Positions 1 through 10,191 of a stretch of 64,000 nucleotides of DNA are shown piece by piece. Position 1 is the stretch's first letter, and every line of letters starts with the position of its first letter. Position numbers and translations under genes: made by a program. Source of the stretch: Escherichia coli phage AZ21; sequence record LC788708.1; one strand, given 5' to 3'. The notes below the pieces were generated by a model. That model was not told the DNA's origin, ran no database searches, and saw only the letters and a list, made by a program, of their open reading frames with translations.

Positions 1-467
1 TCGTACGTCCTAATGAACCTCTAGGCAAGTCTCTTGGTATGCTTCCTGGTGATCTAGCAGAAAAGCTAGAGCCTTGGTTGGAGCCAATAGCTGATGGTAT
101 GAAATGGGCCATCGGCGATCATGCATATAAAGGATATGTCGAACGTCAGAAAATTAAATTTTTGGCTATCGAACATGCTCGTGGCAGAACTTTCAACAAC
201 TCCTATGTAATTGTCGATGAAGCTCAGAATATTTCCGTTGAGGCAATGATTTGTCTCCTAACTCGTGTAGGACAAGACTGCCGTTTAATTATCTGCGGAG
301 ATATAGCTCAGAAAGACATTAAAGGTGACTCAGGTCTAGCACTCCTTATGGAAGTCTATGAGAAATACGAAAATGCCCCATTCTCAATGATCGAATTGAT
401 TGATAACGTTCGTTCTGTCGAGTCTAAAGCATTCTATGATATTTTTAAAGACATGGGGAAGGTGTAA
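1..467 (+). CDS. phoH: PhoH-like ATPase, C-terminal part (5' end lies outside window)
   Basis: Frame open from window edge; Walker-B-like VIVDEAQN and PhoH C-terminal motifs. Confidence 0.6.
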   Translation, partial: VRPNEPLGKSLGMLPGDLAEKLEPWLEPIADGMKWAIGDHAYKGYVERQKIKFLAIEHARGRTFNNSYVIVDEAQNISVEAMICLLTRVGQDCRLIICGDIAQKDIKGDSGLALLMEVYEKYENAPFSMIELIDNVRSVESKAFYDIFKDMGKV

Positions 468-468
468 T

Positions 469-690
469 ATGGGAAACGTCGTTCATCTGAGCCGTAAAAC
501 TAAAATACATCGTACTTCACTGAGTGCTGCTAATATTATTACACGTAAGGAAGGAGAAGAAAGTCCTAAGACAACCCTAGCGTGGAAAATTGTAACCTCA
601 AATCCAAATAAACCATTCAATTATAACGAGCTGAGCACCTCCATAGATATTCTATTAAAAGAAGTAGCTAGAGCTAAAGTAATTGAATAA
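469..690 (+). CDS. small hypothetical protein (about 73 aa)
   Basis: ATG preceded by GGGGAAGG RBS; nested in 400..690 track ORF. Confidence 0.35.
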   Translation: MGNVVHLSRKTKIHRTSLSAANIITRKEGEESPKTTLAWKIVTSNPNKPFNYNELSTSIDILLKEVARAKVIE

Positions 691-832
691 GCTAAAAAGC
701 TAGACTGGTAATATACAGGGCCTGGGTATGAAAATACTCGGGCCTTTTCTATCAGAAAATTTTATTTGCCTAATGACCAATAATAATGTAGAATATTCCT
801 TAAATCCTGATAACTATAAAAAGGAAAGCCAA

Positions 833-3163
833 ATGAGCCATCGCATTGAAAAAGTAATTAAACGTGACGGTACTGTAGAAGACTTTGCTCCTGAAAAAAT
901 CAATGGTTGGGCAGAGTATGGTTGCAAAACAGTTGATGTAAGTTGGTCAGCCATTACTATGGCTGCTCAAAAAACTCTGCCTAAAGGGGTTGTAGATTCC
1001 GACACTCTGATGGATGCATTAATTAAAGCTGCTGAAAGTCTTATTAAAGATAATCCAGCATATGATGTGCCAGCAAAGGAATTACGTCTTGCGCAAATGC
1101 GTAAACGCCTTTATGATTCCTTCGAACCGCCTTCTCTGCGCTTCTTCCATGACCATATGGTTAGCGTAGGTGCATGGGAAGACATGAGTGCATGGATTAC
1201 CGATGAGCAATTTGAAGCTCTGAATCAGGTTATCGACCATGATCGTGACCGTCTTTTTACTAGTGGTGGGCTGAAGCAGTTCTTTGATAAGTATTCCCGC
1301 CGTAACATAGCCACTGGTGAAATTTATGAAACCCCGCAGTTTGCCTACATGGGTATGGCAATGGCGATGCTTTCTCAACCTAACTGGACAATTCTAGATG
1401 CAATCGACCTCTACAACGCAATGTCACTCCACAAAATCAACGTTCCTACGCCGCCACTGGTTGGTCTGCGCTCTAGTGACCGTGGATTTGCTAGTTGCTG
1501 TCTCGTGGATTCCACTGACACGTTGGATTCAATCGACACCGCCGAGCACATCGTCTTCAAAATGGTCGCAGCCAGAGCGGGAATCGGGTATCATCTTGAA
1601 AGCCGATCAATTGCTGATCCGGTGCGAAATGGGGCATTCCCGCATTCCGGAAAACTGCCATATTATCGACACATTGACCGCTCAGTAAAGGCCAATACTC
1701 AGCAAACTCGTGGTGGTTCTGCTACAGTGTCTTATCCATACTTCGACCCTGAAATCATTCAATTGATGCAGGTTAAGCAACAACGTGCTACAGATGAGAA
1801 TAAAATCGATAAGATGGATTATTCTCTGAGCTTTAACAATCTTTTGTTAAAACGTTATCTTAAAAACGAAGATATTACGCTAATGTCATACTTCTATGCT
1901 CCAGAAGTTCATGAAGCGTTTTATAGTGATGACGAGGCTAAATTTGAAGAAATCTACGTGGCAGCGGAGAAACGTGTGGCATCTCTTACAAAGATCGACC
2001 ACGAAGGAAAAACAGTTCCTGCAGCTCCTAAAGTCTCTGCAAAAGAAATCCTAGATACTTGGCTACGTATCCGAATGGAAACAGGACGTATGTATGCTCA
2101 TCACATCGGGGAATCTAATCGTCACGGTAACTTCCTTGATCCGATCCGTATGACAAACCTTTGTGTTGAAATTACTCAGCCTACACGCCCGTTCCATCAT
2201 ATCACAGAGCTGTATAAGACAAAAGAGCAGCTTGATCAAATGAAGCCGGAGGATATTGGTGAAGTATCTCTGTGTAACTTAGGCGGTGTTGTACTTGGAC
2301 GCATGGAATCTCTGGCTGAGTGGGAAAAAACTTGCTACATCCTTCTGAAATTCGTTGATACAATTATTGAGATTCAGGATTATCCGTTCCCAACTATGGA
2401 ATATACGGCTAAGAAACGTCGTAATGTTGGTATTGGCCTGATGAACGCAGCAGGTGCAATGGCAGCAGAAGGTCTGGCTTACGAAGGTATTGAAGCCCGT
2501 AACTGGATCCACCGTGAGGCTGAAAAACTGTCTTACTTCCTGCATAAAGCCTCTGTACGCCTAGCTAAAGAACAAGGTGCATGTGAGTGGTTTGATCGTA
2601 CTAAACCATCTAAAGGAATTCTGGTAATCGACACGTACAAGAAAACTGTTGATGAACTAGTATCCGTAGGCCTAGAAATGGATTGGGAGTCTCTGCGGGC
2701 AGATATTCTGAAATATGGTATGCGTAACTCTGTTCTAACTGCTCAGATGCCGGGAGAAAGTTCTTCTGTTCTGTTAGGTGTTACTAACTCTATTGAACCA
2801 CCTCGTAAGATTGTATCTATCAAGGGTAGTGCAGTAAATAAAGTAATTGCAATTGCTCCGGGTGCAACCGATTGGGAGACGTTAATGAGCTATAAACTGG
2901 CTTATGATGTAGATCGTATCGAGTGGATCAAGTGGGTAGCAACTATGCAGAAATTCTTCAGTCAGTCTATCAGTACGAATATGTACTATGACTACACCAA
3001 GTTTGAGAATGAAATCATTCCTGGCCCAGTAGTAGTTCGTGATTTCATGACTGCTGTTAAGTATGGGTGGAAAACTTTCTATTATGCTAACTTCAACACC
3101 GCAAATGGTGGAGGTGCTGGAGAAGAAGCAGCCGGTTGTGCATTCGGTGGTTGTACTATTTAA
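833..3163 (+). CDS. nrdA: ribonucleotide reductase class Ia large subunit
   Basis: ATP-cone start MSHRIEKVIKRDG, catalytic NLCVEI motif, C-terminal CxxGGC tail; AAAGGAAAG RBS before ATG 833; upstream in-frame part of the 728 track ORF judged leader. Confidence 0.9.
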   Translation: MSHRIEKVIKRDGTVEDFAPEKINGWAEYGCKTVDVSWSAITMAAQKTLPKGVVDSDTLMDALIKAAESLIKDNPAYDVPAKELRLAQMRKRLYDSFEPPSLRFFHDHMVSVGAWEDMSAWITDEQFEALNQVIDHDRDRLFTSGGLKQFFDKYSRRNIATGEIYETPQFAYMGMAMAMLSQPNWTILDAIDLYNAMSLHKINVPTPPLVGLRSSDRGFASCCLVDSTDTLDSIDTAEHIVFKMVAARAGIGYHLESRSIADPVRNGAFPHSGKLPYYRHIDRSVKANTQQTRGGSATVSYPYFDPEIIQLMQVKQQRATDENKIDKMDYSLSFNNLLLKRYLKNEDITLMSYFYAPEVHEAFYSDDEAKFEEIYVAAEKRVASLTKIDHEGKTVPAAPKVSAKEILDTWLRIRMETGRMYAHHIGESNRHGNFLDPIRMTNLCVEITQPTRPFHHITELYKTKEQLDQMKPEDIGEVSLCNLGGVVLGRMESLAEWEKTCYILLKFVDTIIEIQDYPFPTMEYTAKKRRNVGIGLMNAAGAMAAEGLAYEGIEARNWIHREAEKLSYFLHKASVRLAKEQGACEWFDRTKPSKGILVIDTYKKTVDELVSVGLEMDWESLRADILKYGMRNSVLTAQMPGESSSVLLGVTNSIEPPRKIVSIKGSAVNKVIAIAPGATDWETLMSYKLAYDVDRIEWIKWVATMQKFFSQSISTNMYYDYTKFENEIIPGPVVVRDFMTAVKYGWKTFYYANFNTANGGGAGEEAAGCAFGGCTI

Positions 3164-3172
3164 TAAAAACAA

Positions 3173-3199
3173 GGAGATCTTCGGGTCTCCTTTTTCTTT
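3173..3199 (+). terminator. rho-independent terminator after nrdA
   Basis: GGAGATC-TTCG-GGTCTCC hairpin followed by TTTTTCTTT. Confidence 0.7.
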
Positions 3200-3209
3200 G
3201 AAATTTTAC

Positions 3210-3238
3210 TTGCTAATCGCTACCAGATTTGCTATAAT
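3210..3238 (+). promoter_or_regulatory. T5-type early sigma70 promoter (TTGCTA-17-TATAAT)
   Basis: -35 TTGCTA 3210-3215, 17-bp spacer, -10 TATAAT 3233-3238. Confidence 0.7.
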
Positions 3239-3269
3239 ATTCCTGAAATAGTGAGAAAGAGGAAAATCA

Positions 3270-4415
3270 ATGACTACTTTACTAAACCTGAATTGGGATC
3301 ATACTAACGCTGACCTTTTCCTGGGAGATTCTCTCGGTATCGCAGATTATGTACGTGTAGCACATCCAGAACTAGAACGTCTGGCACTTCTGCAACGCTC
3401 TCAATTTTGGACTGAAACTGAAATCAGTCTGGAAGCAGATAAGAAACAATGGCCCAATCTCCCTCGTGAAATTCAGGAAATTACACTCCTGAACTTAGCA
3501 TGGCAAACTCAAACTGATTCCTTTATCAGTCGTGCCCCTGAAGCAGCTATTATGCCACTTGTAAGTCGTCCAGAATTGGAAGGTATGCTCAAACAGTGGA
3601 GCTATTTTGAAGACCTGCATAGTCGTGCTTATAGCAATATTATTCGTAATGTGCTGACTGATCCAGCAGAATTTATTGATTCTGTAACCAAAAACCAAGA
3701 AGCATTCGCGCGCATCGCTGATTCTGTTGAACTATTCGATGAACTGTACCAGTTAGGTCAGTATTTCATCGCAGTACGCGATCATCGTGGAGACAATACA
3801 TATCCAGAAACTGAGTTCCCTGAAGTTAAACGTGAAACTCAGGCTAAACTATTGGACGCTTACTTTGCGATCTATGGTCTGGAAGCAATGCAGTTTTACG
3901 CATCCTTTGCATGTACCTTTGCATTAGCAGAGAACGATATTCTGCAAGGTATTGCTAAAAATCTGCAATTAATCGCTAAAGATGAAGCTCTGCACACTCA
4001 GATGTCCAAAGCAATCATCCAGATTATGTTTCAGCAATTTGACAAAGATCTGGTAGATGAGGCAGTAGCTAAAGCACCAGCACAGCTCCTGAAAACTCTG
4101 AAAACTGAAATTGAATGGGGTCATTTCATTTTCAAAGGTCGTAGTCTGATTGGCTTGAATGCAGAACTTCTAGAAGAATATCTGTACTTTGTGGGGCGCA
4201 ATGCATTTATGCACATCGGTGTAGAATGGCCTAGTCACTTACCAGTAATCACCAAAAACCCTATTCCGTGGATCATGAACTGGTTGGATACTACTTCTCT
4301 ACAGCCTGCTCCGCAAGAAATCCAGATTGGTGCAGCTTACCGTGTAGGTCAGGTAACTGAGACCTCTACTGATACTCTGAAAGATCTGGGTAATGAATTT
4401 GGAGATTTCTTATGA
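3270..4415 (+). CDS. nrdB: ribonucleotide reductase class Ia small subunit
   Basis: Di-iron ExxH motifs (KDEALHTQ), ferritin-like fold signature, adjacent to nrdA. Confidence 0.9.
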   Translation: MTTLLNLNWDHTNADLFLGDSLGIADYVRVAHPELERLALLQRSQFWTETEISLEADKKQWPNLPREIQEITLLNLAWQTQTDSFISRAPEAAIMPLVSRPELEGMLKQWSYFEDLHSRAYSNIIRNVLTDPAEFIDSVTKNQEAFARIADSVELFDELYQLGQYFIAVRDHRGDNTYPETEFPEVKRETQAKLLDAYFAIYGLEAMQFYASFACTFALAENDILQGIAKNLQLIAKDEALHTQMSKAIIQIMFQQFDKDLVDEAVAKAPAQLLKTLKTEIEWGHFIFKGRSLIGLNAELLEEYLYFVGRNAFMHIGVEWPSHLPVITKNPIPWIMNWLDTTSLQPAPQEIQIGAAYRVGQVTETSTDTLKDLGNEFGDFL

Positions 4416-4945
4416 TTACAGCAATGTATGCAGTTGGGCCGAATGGGGAGTTCGGCCTCCGCGGTAAACTTCCATGGGGTTCCTTCAAAGAAGAACTAGA
4501 TGCTTTCTATTCTCAACTGGACGTATTAAATCCAGATAACATCATCATTGGTGCGGGTACTTATTTAGCTCTTCCATACGCCGTTAGAGAACGTATGATT
4601 AGGGCTTCTGACCTATTTATTCGTGTTGATCGTCCACTGCCAGACGATATTACGCATGATATTTACACTCCAATTTCTAAGATTGGGGATACATTACCTA
4701 CGTTTCTGAAAGATCAGCAGACAGTGGTTTTAGGTGGCGCAACATTATTGTACGAAATGTATATTCATGGACATATTGAGAGTGCTTTTGTATCCACAAT
4801 CTTTAGTAGTCAAAAACTAGAGGCAGATGTACATCTGGATAATATGATTCTAGATTACAACTATGAATCTACTCGTTTAGTTTACGCAACTGGCGCAAAC
4901 AGTGATAACAGCCTGCGATTTGTACAGGAATTGGTTACTTATTAA
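4412..4945 (+). CDS. frd: dihydrofolate reductase
   Basis: N-terminal [24 protein letters not shown] signature; sits between nrd and thy. Confidence 0.8.
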   Translation: MITAMYAVGPNGEFGLRGKLPWGSFKEELDAFYSQLDVLNPDNIIIGAGTYLALPYAVRERMIRASDLFIRVDRPLPDDITHDIYTPISKIGDTLPTFLKDQQTVVLGGATLLYEMYIHGHIESAFVSTIFSSQKLEADVHLDNMILDYNYESTRLVYATGANSDNSLRFVQELVTY

Positions 4946-5799
4946 TGGATCAGTATATCGAAGTTGGAAAACGCATTCTATCAGATGGTCAGTGGGTAAC
5001 GAATCCTAGAACAGGGGTTCGTTGCCTCACTATTATTGATGCAGACTTTACTTTTAACGTAGGTGCAGGGGAATTTCCCCTTATTACTACTCGTAAGGCG
5101 TTTGCAAAACAAGCAATAATGGAAATGATTGGGTATCTACGTGGATATGACTCAGCAGCACAATTCCGTGCTATTGGTGTTAACACATGGAATGCTAATG
5201 CAAATGAAAACTCAGCTTGGCTAGACAATCCATACCGTAAAGGTGAGGATGATATGGGACGAGTCTATGGTGTTCAAGGACGTCAGTGGACTAATTCCGA
5301 TGGTCTTATGTTTGACCAACTAGCCAAGATTTATCATAATCTGAAAAGGGGCATTGATGATCGTGGGGAAATTCTAACCTTCTGGAATCCGGGAGAGTTC
5401 TCAAAGGGTTGCTTACGTCCATGTATGCACACTCATCAGTTCTCTATTTTGGGAGATACATTATACCTGAACTCTTTCCAGAGATCTAATGACTTCCTGT
5501 TAGGCCAAGTATTTAACATGGTTCAGTGCTATACGCTTCTAGCATTAATGGCTCAGATTACAGGCCTTAAACCAGGAATTGCACGCCAGAAGATTATCAA
5601 TCTTCATATCTATGAGGATCAGTATAATGTTTTGATGGAGCATAAGCAATTCGATCGTAAACCTTTTGCACCTCCTACTCTAGAAATTAATCCAAATATC
5701 CGAACTCTGGAGGATGTATTGACCTGGGTAAATAAGGATGATTTTACTGTTCGTGGTTACGAACACCACCCTGCTATTGCATACCCCTTTACGGTATAA
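4945..5799 (+). CDS. thyA: thymidylate synthase
   Basis: 284 aa; TS fold motifs (RPCMHTHQF nucleophile region, [13 protein letters not shown]). Confidence 0.85.
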   Translation: MDQYIEVGKRILSDGQWVTNPRTGVRCLTIIDADFTFNVGAGEFPLITTRKAFAKQAIMEMIGYLRGYDSAAQFRAIGVNTWNANANENSAWLDNPYRKGEDDMGRVYGVQGRQWTNSDGLMFDQLAKIYHNLKRGIDDRGEILTFWNPGEFSKGCLRPCMHTHQFSILGDTLYLNSFQRSNDFLLGQVFNMVQCYTLLALMAQITGLKPGIARQKIINLHIYEDQYNVLMEHKQFDRKPFAPPTLEINPNIRTLEDVLTWVNKDDFTVRGYEHHPAIAYPFTV

Positions 5800-5802
5800 T
5801 AT

Positions 5803-6156
5803 ATGTTGACAATACTATTATTTGTTATATTCTTCCTGAAACATTTTATGGCTGATTATCCCCTCCAAACTCCATACATGTTAAGGAAGACCCACAAAAT
5901 AGGGTGGAAACTTCCATTACTAACCCATTCTCTAGTACATGCTGGACTAACCTTTATAATTCTTACTATGTTCACATCACTAGGAATGGCTATAACTTTA
6001 GCTATAATGGAATTAATTCTACACTTTATCATAGATTACTGGAAAGCACAATGCTGTAAATACGATATAAGTGATTCCAGGTTTTGGATAGCTTTAGGAT
6101 TTGATCAGTTACTCCATTACTTAACCTATGCTCTCATAATTTTAATTATAATTTAG
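5803..6156 (+). CDS. multi-pass membrane protein
   Basis: Four hydrophobic segments; very AT-rich. Confidence 0.5.
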   Translation: MLTILLFVIFFLKHFMADYPLQTPYMLRKTHKIGWKLPLLTHSLVHAGLTFIILTMFTSLGMAITLAIMELILHFIIDYWKAQCCKYDISDSRFWIALGFDQLLHYLTYALIILIII

Positions 6157-6161
6157 CTCAA

Positions 6162-6186
6162 ATAGCCCTTCGGGGCTATTATATTT
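6162..6186 (+). terminator. rho-independent terminator
   Basis: ATAGCCC-TTCG-GGGCTAT hairpin then T-rich run. Confidence 0.65.
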
Positions 6187-6195
6187 AAATTTCAT

Positions 6196-6224
6196 TTGCT
6201 TATTTAGTGAAATTTAAATATAAT
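6196..6224 (+). promoter_or_regulatory. T5-type early promoter
   Basis: TTGCTT-17-TATAAT followed by TATAAATTGGAGG. Confidence 0.65.
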
Positions 6225-6250
6225 ATATTTTATAAATTGGAGGTACACAT

Positions 6251-6508
6251 ATGGGACTCTTTAGAAAGAAAGTTTATTTAACAGAAGAGCAAGAACACAA
6301 ACTTCTTACTCTATCAGAATACTATCATTTACCATATGATTATTTTGTAGATAGAGCAATAGAGGAATTCTTAGATAGAGAATTAGAGGCTATAAAACCT
6401 AAGCCTCCTGAGCCGTCTTTAGCATCAAAGGGTCACCAAAGAGAATCCCCAAGAGTTCCGCCAATGCCCCCAATTCCACCAAAAACTAGAGTTGTAACAG
6501 AGTTGTAA
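6251..6508 (+). CDS. hypothetical protein, Pro-rich C-terminus
   Basis: ORF with strong RBS (GGAGG) 8 nt upstream. Confidence 0.5.
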   Translation: MGLFRKKVYLTEEQEHKLLTLSEYYHLPYDYFVDRAIEEFLDRELEAIKPKPPEPSLASKGHQRESPRVPPMPPIPPKTRVVTEL

Positions 6509-6524
6509 TAGAAGGTAAAAAATA

Positions 6525-7004
6525 ATGTCGGTTTTCCACATTTACACAGATGGTGCTTGTAAGTCTAACCCAGGTCCAGGTGCTTGGGGTTTTATTGTCT
6601 ATAATGATAACGACGATCGTTTAGGTTCTAAATCTGGTTATAATCCTAAAACTACAAATAATGAGATGGAACTCACAGCTATTGTAGAAGCTCTACGTTG
6701 GTCTGTTAAAAAAGATAATAGACCAATTGCTATCTATACTGACTCTGCTTATTGCAAAAATGGCATGGAAAGCTGGATGTTTTCTTGGCAAAGGAAAGGC
6801 TGGAAGAAAGCAGATGGTGAAGTTCCTCTTAATCTAGAACTTTGGCAGGAAGCATTTAAATTAACACAGCAGTATATCAACTTTCATAATACTAATCCTA
6901 CCTTTATTAAGGTTAAAGGACATTCTGGTATTAGTGGTAATGAAGCTGTAGACGCCTTATGTAATACAGTTATTACTGAAGCTGAAATGGCTGAGATGTT
7001 ATAA
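6525..7004 (+). CDS. rnh: ribonuclease H (RNase HI family)
   Basis: YTDGAC..NPG, MELTA, YTDS motifs of RNase HI catalytic DEDD. Confidence 0.85.
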   Translation: MSVFHIYTDGACKSNPGPGAWGFIVYNDNDDRLGSKSGYNPKTTNNEMELTAIVEALRWSVKKDNRPIAIYTDSAYCKNGMESWMFSWQRKGWKKADGEVPLNLELWQEAFKLTQQYINFHNTNPTFIKVKGHSGISGNEAVDALCNTVITEAEMAEML

Positions 7005-7031
7005 ATAAATTAAAAATTTTCTTGCTTAAAG

Positions 7032-7060
7032 CCCTCTAATTTAGTATAATATTCGTATTG
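7032..7060 (+). promoter_or_regulatory. T5-type early promoter
   Basis: TTGCTT-17-TATAAT; GAGGAGGG RBS downstream. Confidence 0.65.
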
Positions 7061-7077
7061 AAAGTGAGGAGGGATTT

Positions 7078-7356
7078 ATGCGAATTTATAACTCAAATTC
7101 ATTAGGATTTAAACCATTGAGAAAACGTGCACAATCACCTCGTCAAATAAGAAAGGCTAATATTGGTGAGCCAGAGACACGCCTTCCACCTCCTCCAGAA
7201 CAACGTTTAGTTTATCTGGACGAAGAATTAGCTGAACGCGAAAGAAAAGCTCAAGAAGAGATTGAGCGTAAGAAAATGTGTACTGCTCCAGCGTATAATA
7301 AAGGGGCGTATCAATACGTCTCAGATGCCGAACAAGCTAAGATGGTTGGTAGATAA
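7078..7356 (+). CDS. hypothetical protein
   Basis: ORF behind promoter/RBS. Confidence 0.5.
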   Translation: MRIYNSNSLGFKPLRKRAQSPRQIRKANIGEPETRLPPPPEQRLVYLDEELAERERKAQEEIERKKMCTAPAYNKGAYQYVSDAEQAKMVGR

Positions 7357-7372
7357 TTTTTAAAAAATTCAT

Positions 7373-7401
7373 TTGCTAAACGCTTCAAATTCTCGTATAA
7401 T
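7373..7401 (+). promoter_or_regulatory. T5-type early promoter (A-tract, TTGCTA-17-TATAAT, CATAAATTG)
   Basis: Closely resembles PN25-type architecture. Confidence 0.7.
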
Positions 7402-7439
7402 ATACTTCATAAATTGATAAACAAAAAGGAAAACAAATA

Positions 7440-7955
7440 ATGGCTAAGCAGAAAAACGCAAAAACTCAAGCAGCTCCGGCAGTTAAAACTTTCCCGAAGA
7501 CTGAGGCTAATCGCAAAGCTCGGCTGGAACGTCACCTGCGTAAGCATCCTACAGATGCTCAGGCTGCGCAAGCACTGAATAATCCGGCTCCGATTCGTCA
7601 GAAGCCTAAAGCTAAAAATGCCACCCGTAAATCCTACAAAATGGTTATGTATGTAGAAAATTACGGCCACAAATCTGTCCCAGTTTCCCTGAGCTTTAAC
7701 GCTGGGGCTGAATTGTTCTCTCGTAATGGTATGTCTATGAAAGACTATGAGAAGGCAGTTAACCAGAAGCGTAAACCAACAGCAGATGTATTGCGCGATA
7801 CTCGTGGACAGTTTGGTTCTGTTAAGCCAAGTATCTTTGGCGTAGAGTATAGTAAAGATAATGTTCGTGCTCTGTGTTACGGTGTAGGTATTAAGTTCAC
7901 GGGTGATTCTGCTCGTAAATCTGCTAAACCAGCTCGCAAGCGTAAAGCGAAGTAA
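7440..7955 (+). CDS. basic Lys/Ala/Arg-rich protein, possible DNA-binding
   Basis: Highly basic low-complexity N and C termini. Confidence 0.5.
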   Translation: MAKQKNAKTQAAPAVKTFPKTEANRKARLERHLRKHPTDAQAAQALNNPAPIRQKPKAKNATRKSYKMVMYVENYGHKSVPVSLSFNAGAELFSRNGMSMKDYEKAVNQKRKPTADVLRDTRGQFGSVKPSIFGVEYSKDNVRALCYGVGIKFTGDSARKSAKPARKRKAK

Positions 7956-7964
7956 TAGATAAAT

Positions 7965-7980
7965 AGGGGCGAAAGCCCCT
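7965..7980 (+). terminator. GC hairpin AGGGGCGAAAGCCCCT (no U tract)
   Basis: Perfect 6-bp stem with GAAA loop; same hairpin recurs at 8244. Confidence 0.45.
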
Positions 7981-8019
7981 ACAATCGACTAATTCTCTAA
8001 CTAATCAAGGATATTTTTT

Positions 8020-8235
8020 ATGTTCTCTAAGAAACCACGTTCTGTTACTGAAATCGTTGCTTCCTTTACCACTATCACTGATGAGCTTCAAGCTCGTATT
8101 GAGGCTGATCAAAAAATCGCTGCTGATATTCAGAAACAGCAGGAAGAACTCGCTTTAAAGTTGGCTGAAACCAACAAGAGTGAAAAATCTGCCCAAACTA
8201 TTATGGAAAATATCCTTAAACTGCTGGGCAAGTGA
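8020..8235 (+). CDS. hypothetical coiled-coil protein
   Basis: ORF between two hairpins. Confidence 0.45.
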   Translation: MFSKKPRSVTEIVASFTTITDELQARIEADQKIAADIQKQQEELALKLAETNKSEKSAQTIMENILKLLGK

Positions 8236-8243
8236 TTTAAATC

Positions 8244-8265
8244 AGGGGGGGGCGAAAGCCCCTCT
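8244..8265 (+). terminator. GC hairpin GGGGGGGCGAAAGCCCCTCT
   Basis: Copy of the 7965 hairpin; followed by TATTT. Confidence 0.5.
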
Positions 8266-8279
8266 TATTTGGAGAAACT

Positions 8280-8516
8280 ATGCGTAATTTTGTAGCAAAG
8301 AATGATTTTAACCGTGCTAGCACTCATAAGTCCGCTAGAGATTATACACGACTTTCTAGTCATGAGGTAATGGATACCTGTTATGAAGAGCTGGAAGGTA
8401 GCTGGAATGAGTGTCCCGACTTCTCTATGGAAGAGAACTGGGATGTCAGTGAGGATATGCTTCCTGGTTTTAAAGACCCCAAGAAGTGGGAGTCTATTAA
8501 AGAGACAGCTCTTTAA
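8280..8516 (+). CDS. hypothetical acidic protein
   Basis: ORF with GGAGAAAC RBS. Confidence 0.45.
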   Translation: MRNFVAKNDFNRASTHKSARDYTRLSSHEVMDTCYEELEGSWNECPDFSMEENWDVSEDMLPGFKDPKKWESIKETAL

Positions 8517-8544
8517 TAGTTTTCTACACAATAAAGGATAAGTT

Positions 8545-9246
8545 ATGAAAGTAAAACCATTTGGTATGCTAGATATTGAATCTCTAGGAACTCCAGGAGA
8601 TTGTGGTACTACCCATATCGCAATGCCTTCATTCGCTTTTGTGGCTATGCATGGAATTGATAAAGACCCTGATCTAGTATTTGTTACTTTAGATGTACAA
8701 GATCAACTTAATTCTGGTGCCAAAGTTACAGCATCTACTCTAGCATTCTGGATGGATCAGGCTAAACATAGCCCGTCTGCTATCCACATTATGGAAGCTA
8801 TGAATGAGCGTAATCCAAAACTGGTTGCCTTCCAAAATGGTAAACATCATTGCACTAATAAACTTGGCTCTAACCATGCTGCCTTCTCTATGGCTCAAAA
8901 TATTATGGAGTTGGCTCTAGGCGAAAATGCTTTGTATTATGGCAATGGCCCAGAGTTTGATATGACTATCTACTCTGCAAACACTTTCCATGCTGGAACC
9001 AATGAAGAAATAGTTCCGTGGAAATTCTGGAACTTGGGTAATGTTAGATCTCTTCGTAATCTCTGGATGCAAACTGGCTATAGTTATAAAGCTCTAGAAA
9101 CCGAAGGTATTAGCTGGGCAATAGCTAAAATGGAGAAGATGGACACCATTCGTTATGGGATCTATCCGGTTAAGCACGACCCAGCATTCGATGCCCTAGT
9201 TGAGAGCTATTGTGTTGCAGCTATGATCGAAAAAATGAAAATTTGA
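8545..9246 (+). CDS. possible DEDD-type 3'-5' exonuclease
   Basis: N-terminal LDIESLG motif resembles exo I motif of DnaQ-like exonucleases; weak. Confidence 0.4.
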   Translation: MKVKPFGMLDIESLGTPGDCGTTHIAMPSFAFVAMHGIDKDPDLVFVTLDVQDQLNSGAKVTASTLAFWMDQAKHSPSAIHIMEAMNERNPKLVAFQNGKHHCTNKLGSNHAAFSMAQNIMELALGENALYYGNGPEFDMTIYSANTFHAGTNEEIVPWKFWNLGNVRSLRNLWMQTGYSYKALETEGISWAIAKMEKMDTIRYGIYPVKHDPAFDALVESYCVAAMIEKMKI

Positions 9247-9247
9247 T

Positions 9248-9276
9248 TTGCTTCCGGCTCCAAAATTCTGTATAAT
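9248..9276 (+). promoter_or_regulatory. T5-type early promoter
   Basis: TTGCTT-17-TATAAT then CATAAATTTGAG. Confidence 0.65.
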
Positions 9277-9316
9277 ATATTCATAAATTTGAGAAAACAA
9301 TAAAAGGAAAACAAAT

Positions 9317-9499
9317 ATGCCAGTATCTAAAAATGTTCGTAAAAATGGTAAGAAAGCTACTCGTAATCTGGGTATCCGTCGTATGGCTGAACGTCAATCA
9401 GGTATCCAGAAAATCTTTGATCTGCTAAATCGTGCTAATCCTAAAATTGATAACAGTAACGATACTGTTCTGCGCACCCTGCTGGCAATTGGTCTGTAA
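9317..9499 (+). CDS. small basic protein
   Basis: ORF behind promoter, AAAGGAAAAC RBS. Confidence 0.45.
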   Translation: MPVSKNVRKNGKKATRNLGIRRMAERQSGIQKIFDLLNRANPKIDNSNDTVLRTLLAIGL

Positions 9500-9552
9500 T
9501 AGACCAAATTTAAACAAATTCAAATCTCAAACTTCATATAAGGAAGCAAATA

Positions 9553-10191
9553 ATGACTACTCGTATCTCTAAAACTCGCGCTCTGGCAACTATCAAATCT
9601 CTGGAAGCTAAAATCCGTAAAGCTACTGAACAACAGCTTCTGATCGCTGTTGGTGAAGGTAAGGATAAAAACCAGGTTGTAGTTGGCGCTGCAATCGAAG
9701 TAGATGCCCTGTCTACTCGTATTAAAACTGATTTCCAATCTCTGCTGGATATGATGTCTCAGCGTGATCGTATTAAATCTGCTCTGATTAAGAGCAATGC
9801 AGAAACAATCGTTGAGATTGGTTCTCGTAAGATGACTGTTGCGGAAGCAATTGAAGCTAAGCGTTCTATGGAGCTTAAAGCTCAGCTGCTGGCTAACATG
9901 CGTAAGCAGTTCCATGCCGCTACGATTAAGTTTAATACGCAGAAAGCACAGTTTGATGCTAAATATGAGCGTTTGCAGGATAGCATGGCTACCCGCGATA
10001 AGAAAACTTCCGAAGATGAAGTTAAAATGCAGCTCAATCTGCTGGAACTCAAGAATACTCCATTCTTGATTGATCCGCTGGAACTGGAGAAGCTGATTAA
10101 GCAGCATGACGAGGAATACCAGGACTTTGCAACAAATGTTGACTTTGTTCTATCCGAGTCTAACGCCTCTACCTTCATTGAAGTAGAGTAA
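9553..10191 (+). CDS. coiled-coil protein
   Basis: High codon regularity; antisense ORFs rejected. Confidence 0.55.
   Translation: MTTRISKTRALATIKSLEAKIRKATEQQLLIAVGEGKDKNQVVVGAAIEVDALSTRIKTDFQSLLDMMSQRDRIKSALIKSNAETIVEIGSRKMTVAEAIEAKRSMELKAQLLANMRKQFHAATIKFNTQKAQFDAKYERLQDSMATRDKKTSEDEVKMQLNLLELKNTPFLIDPLELEKLIKQHDEEYQDFATNVDFVLSESNASTFIEVE

Noticed and set aside
1082-3172. Track ORFs 1082-1378(-), 1398-1688(+), 2279-2545(-), 2882-3172(-) and 3063-3251(+) inside or overlapping nrdA
   Set aside because: They lie within or antisense to a strongly supported nrdA reading frame. They have no RBS and carry low-complexity translations.
9520-10178. Minus-strand ORFs 9520-10107, 9882-10178 and plus ORF 9839-10069
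   Set aside because: They overlap the well-supported plus-strand coiled-coil gene 9553-10191 and have no promoter or RBS.
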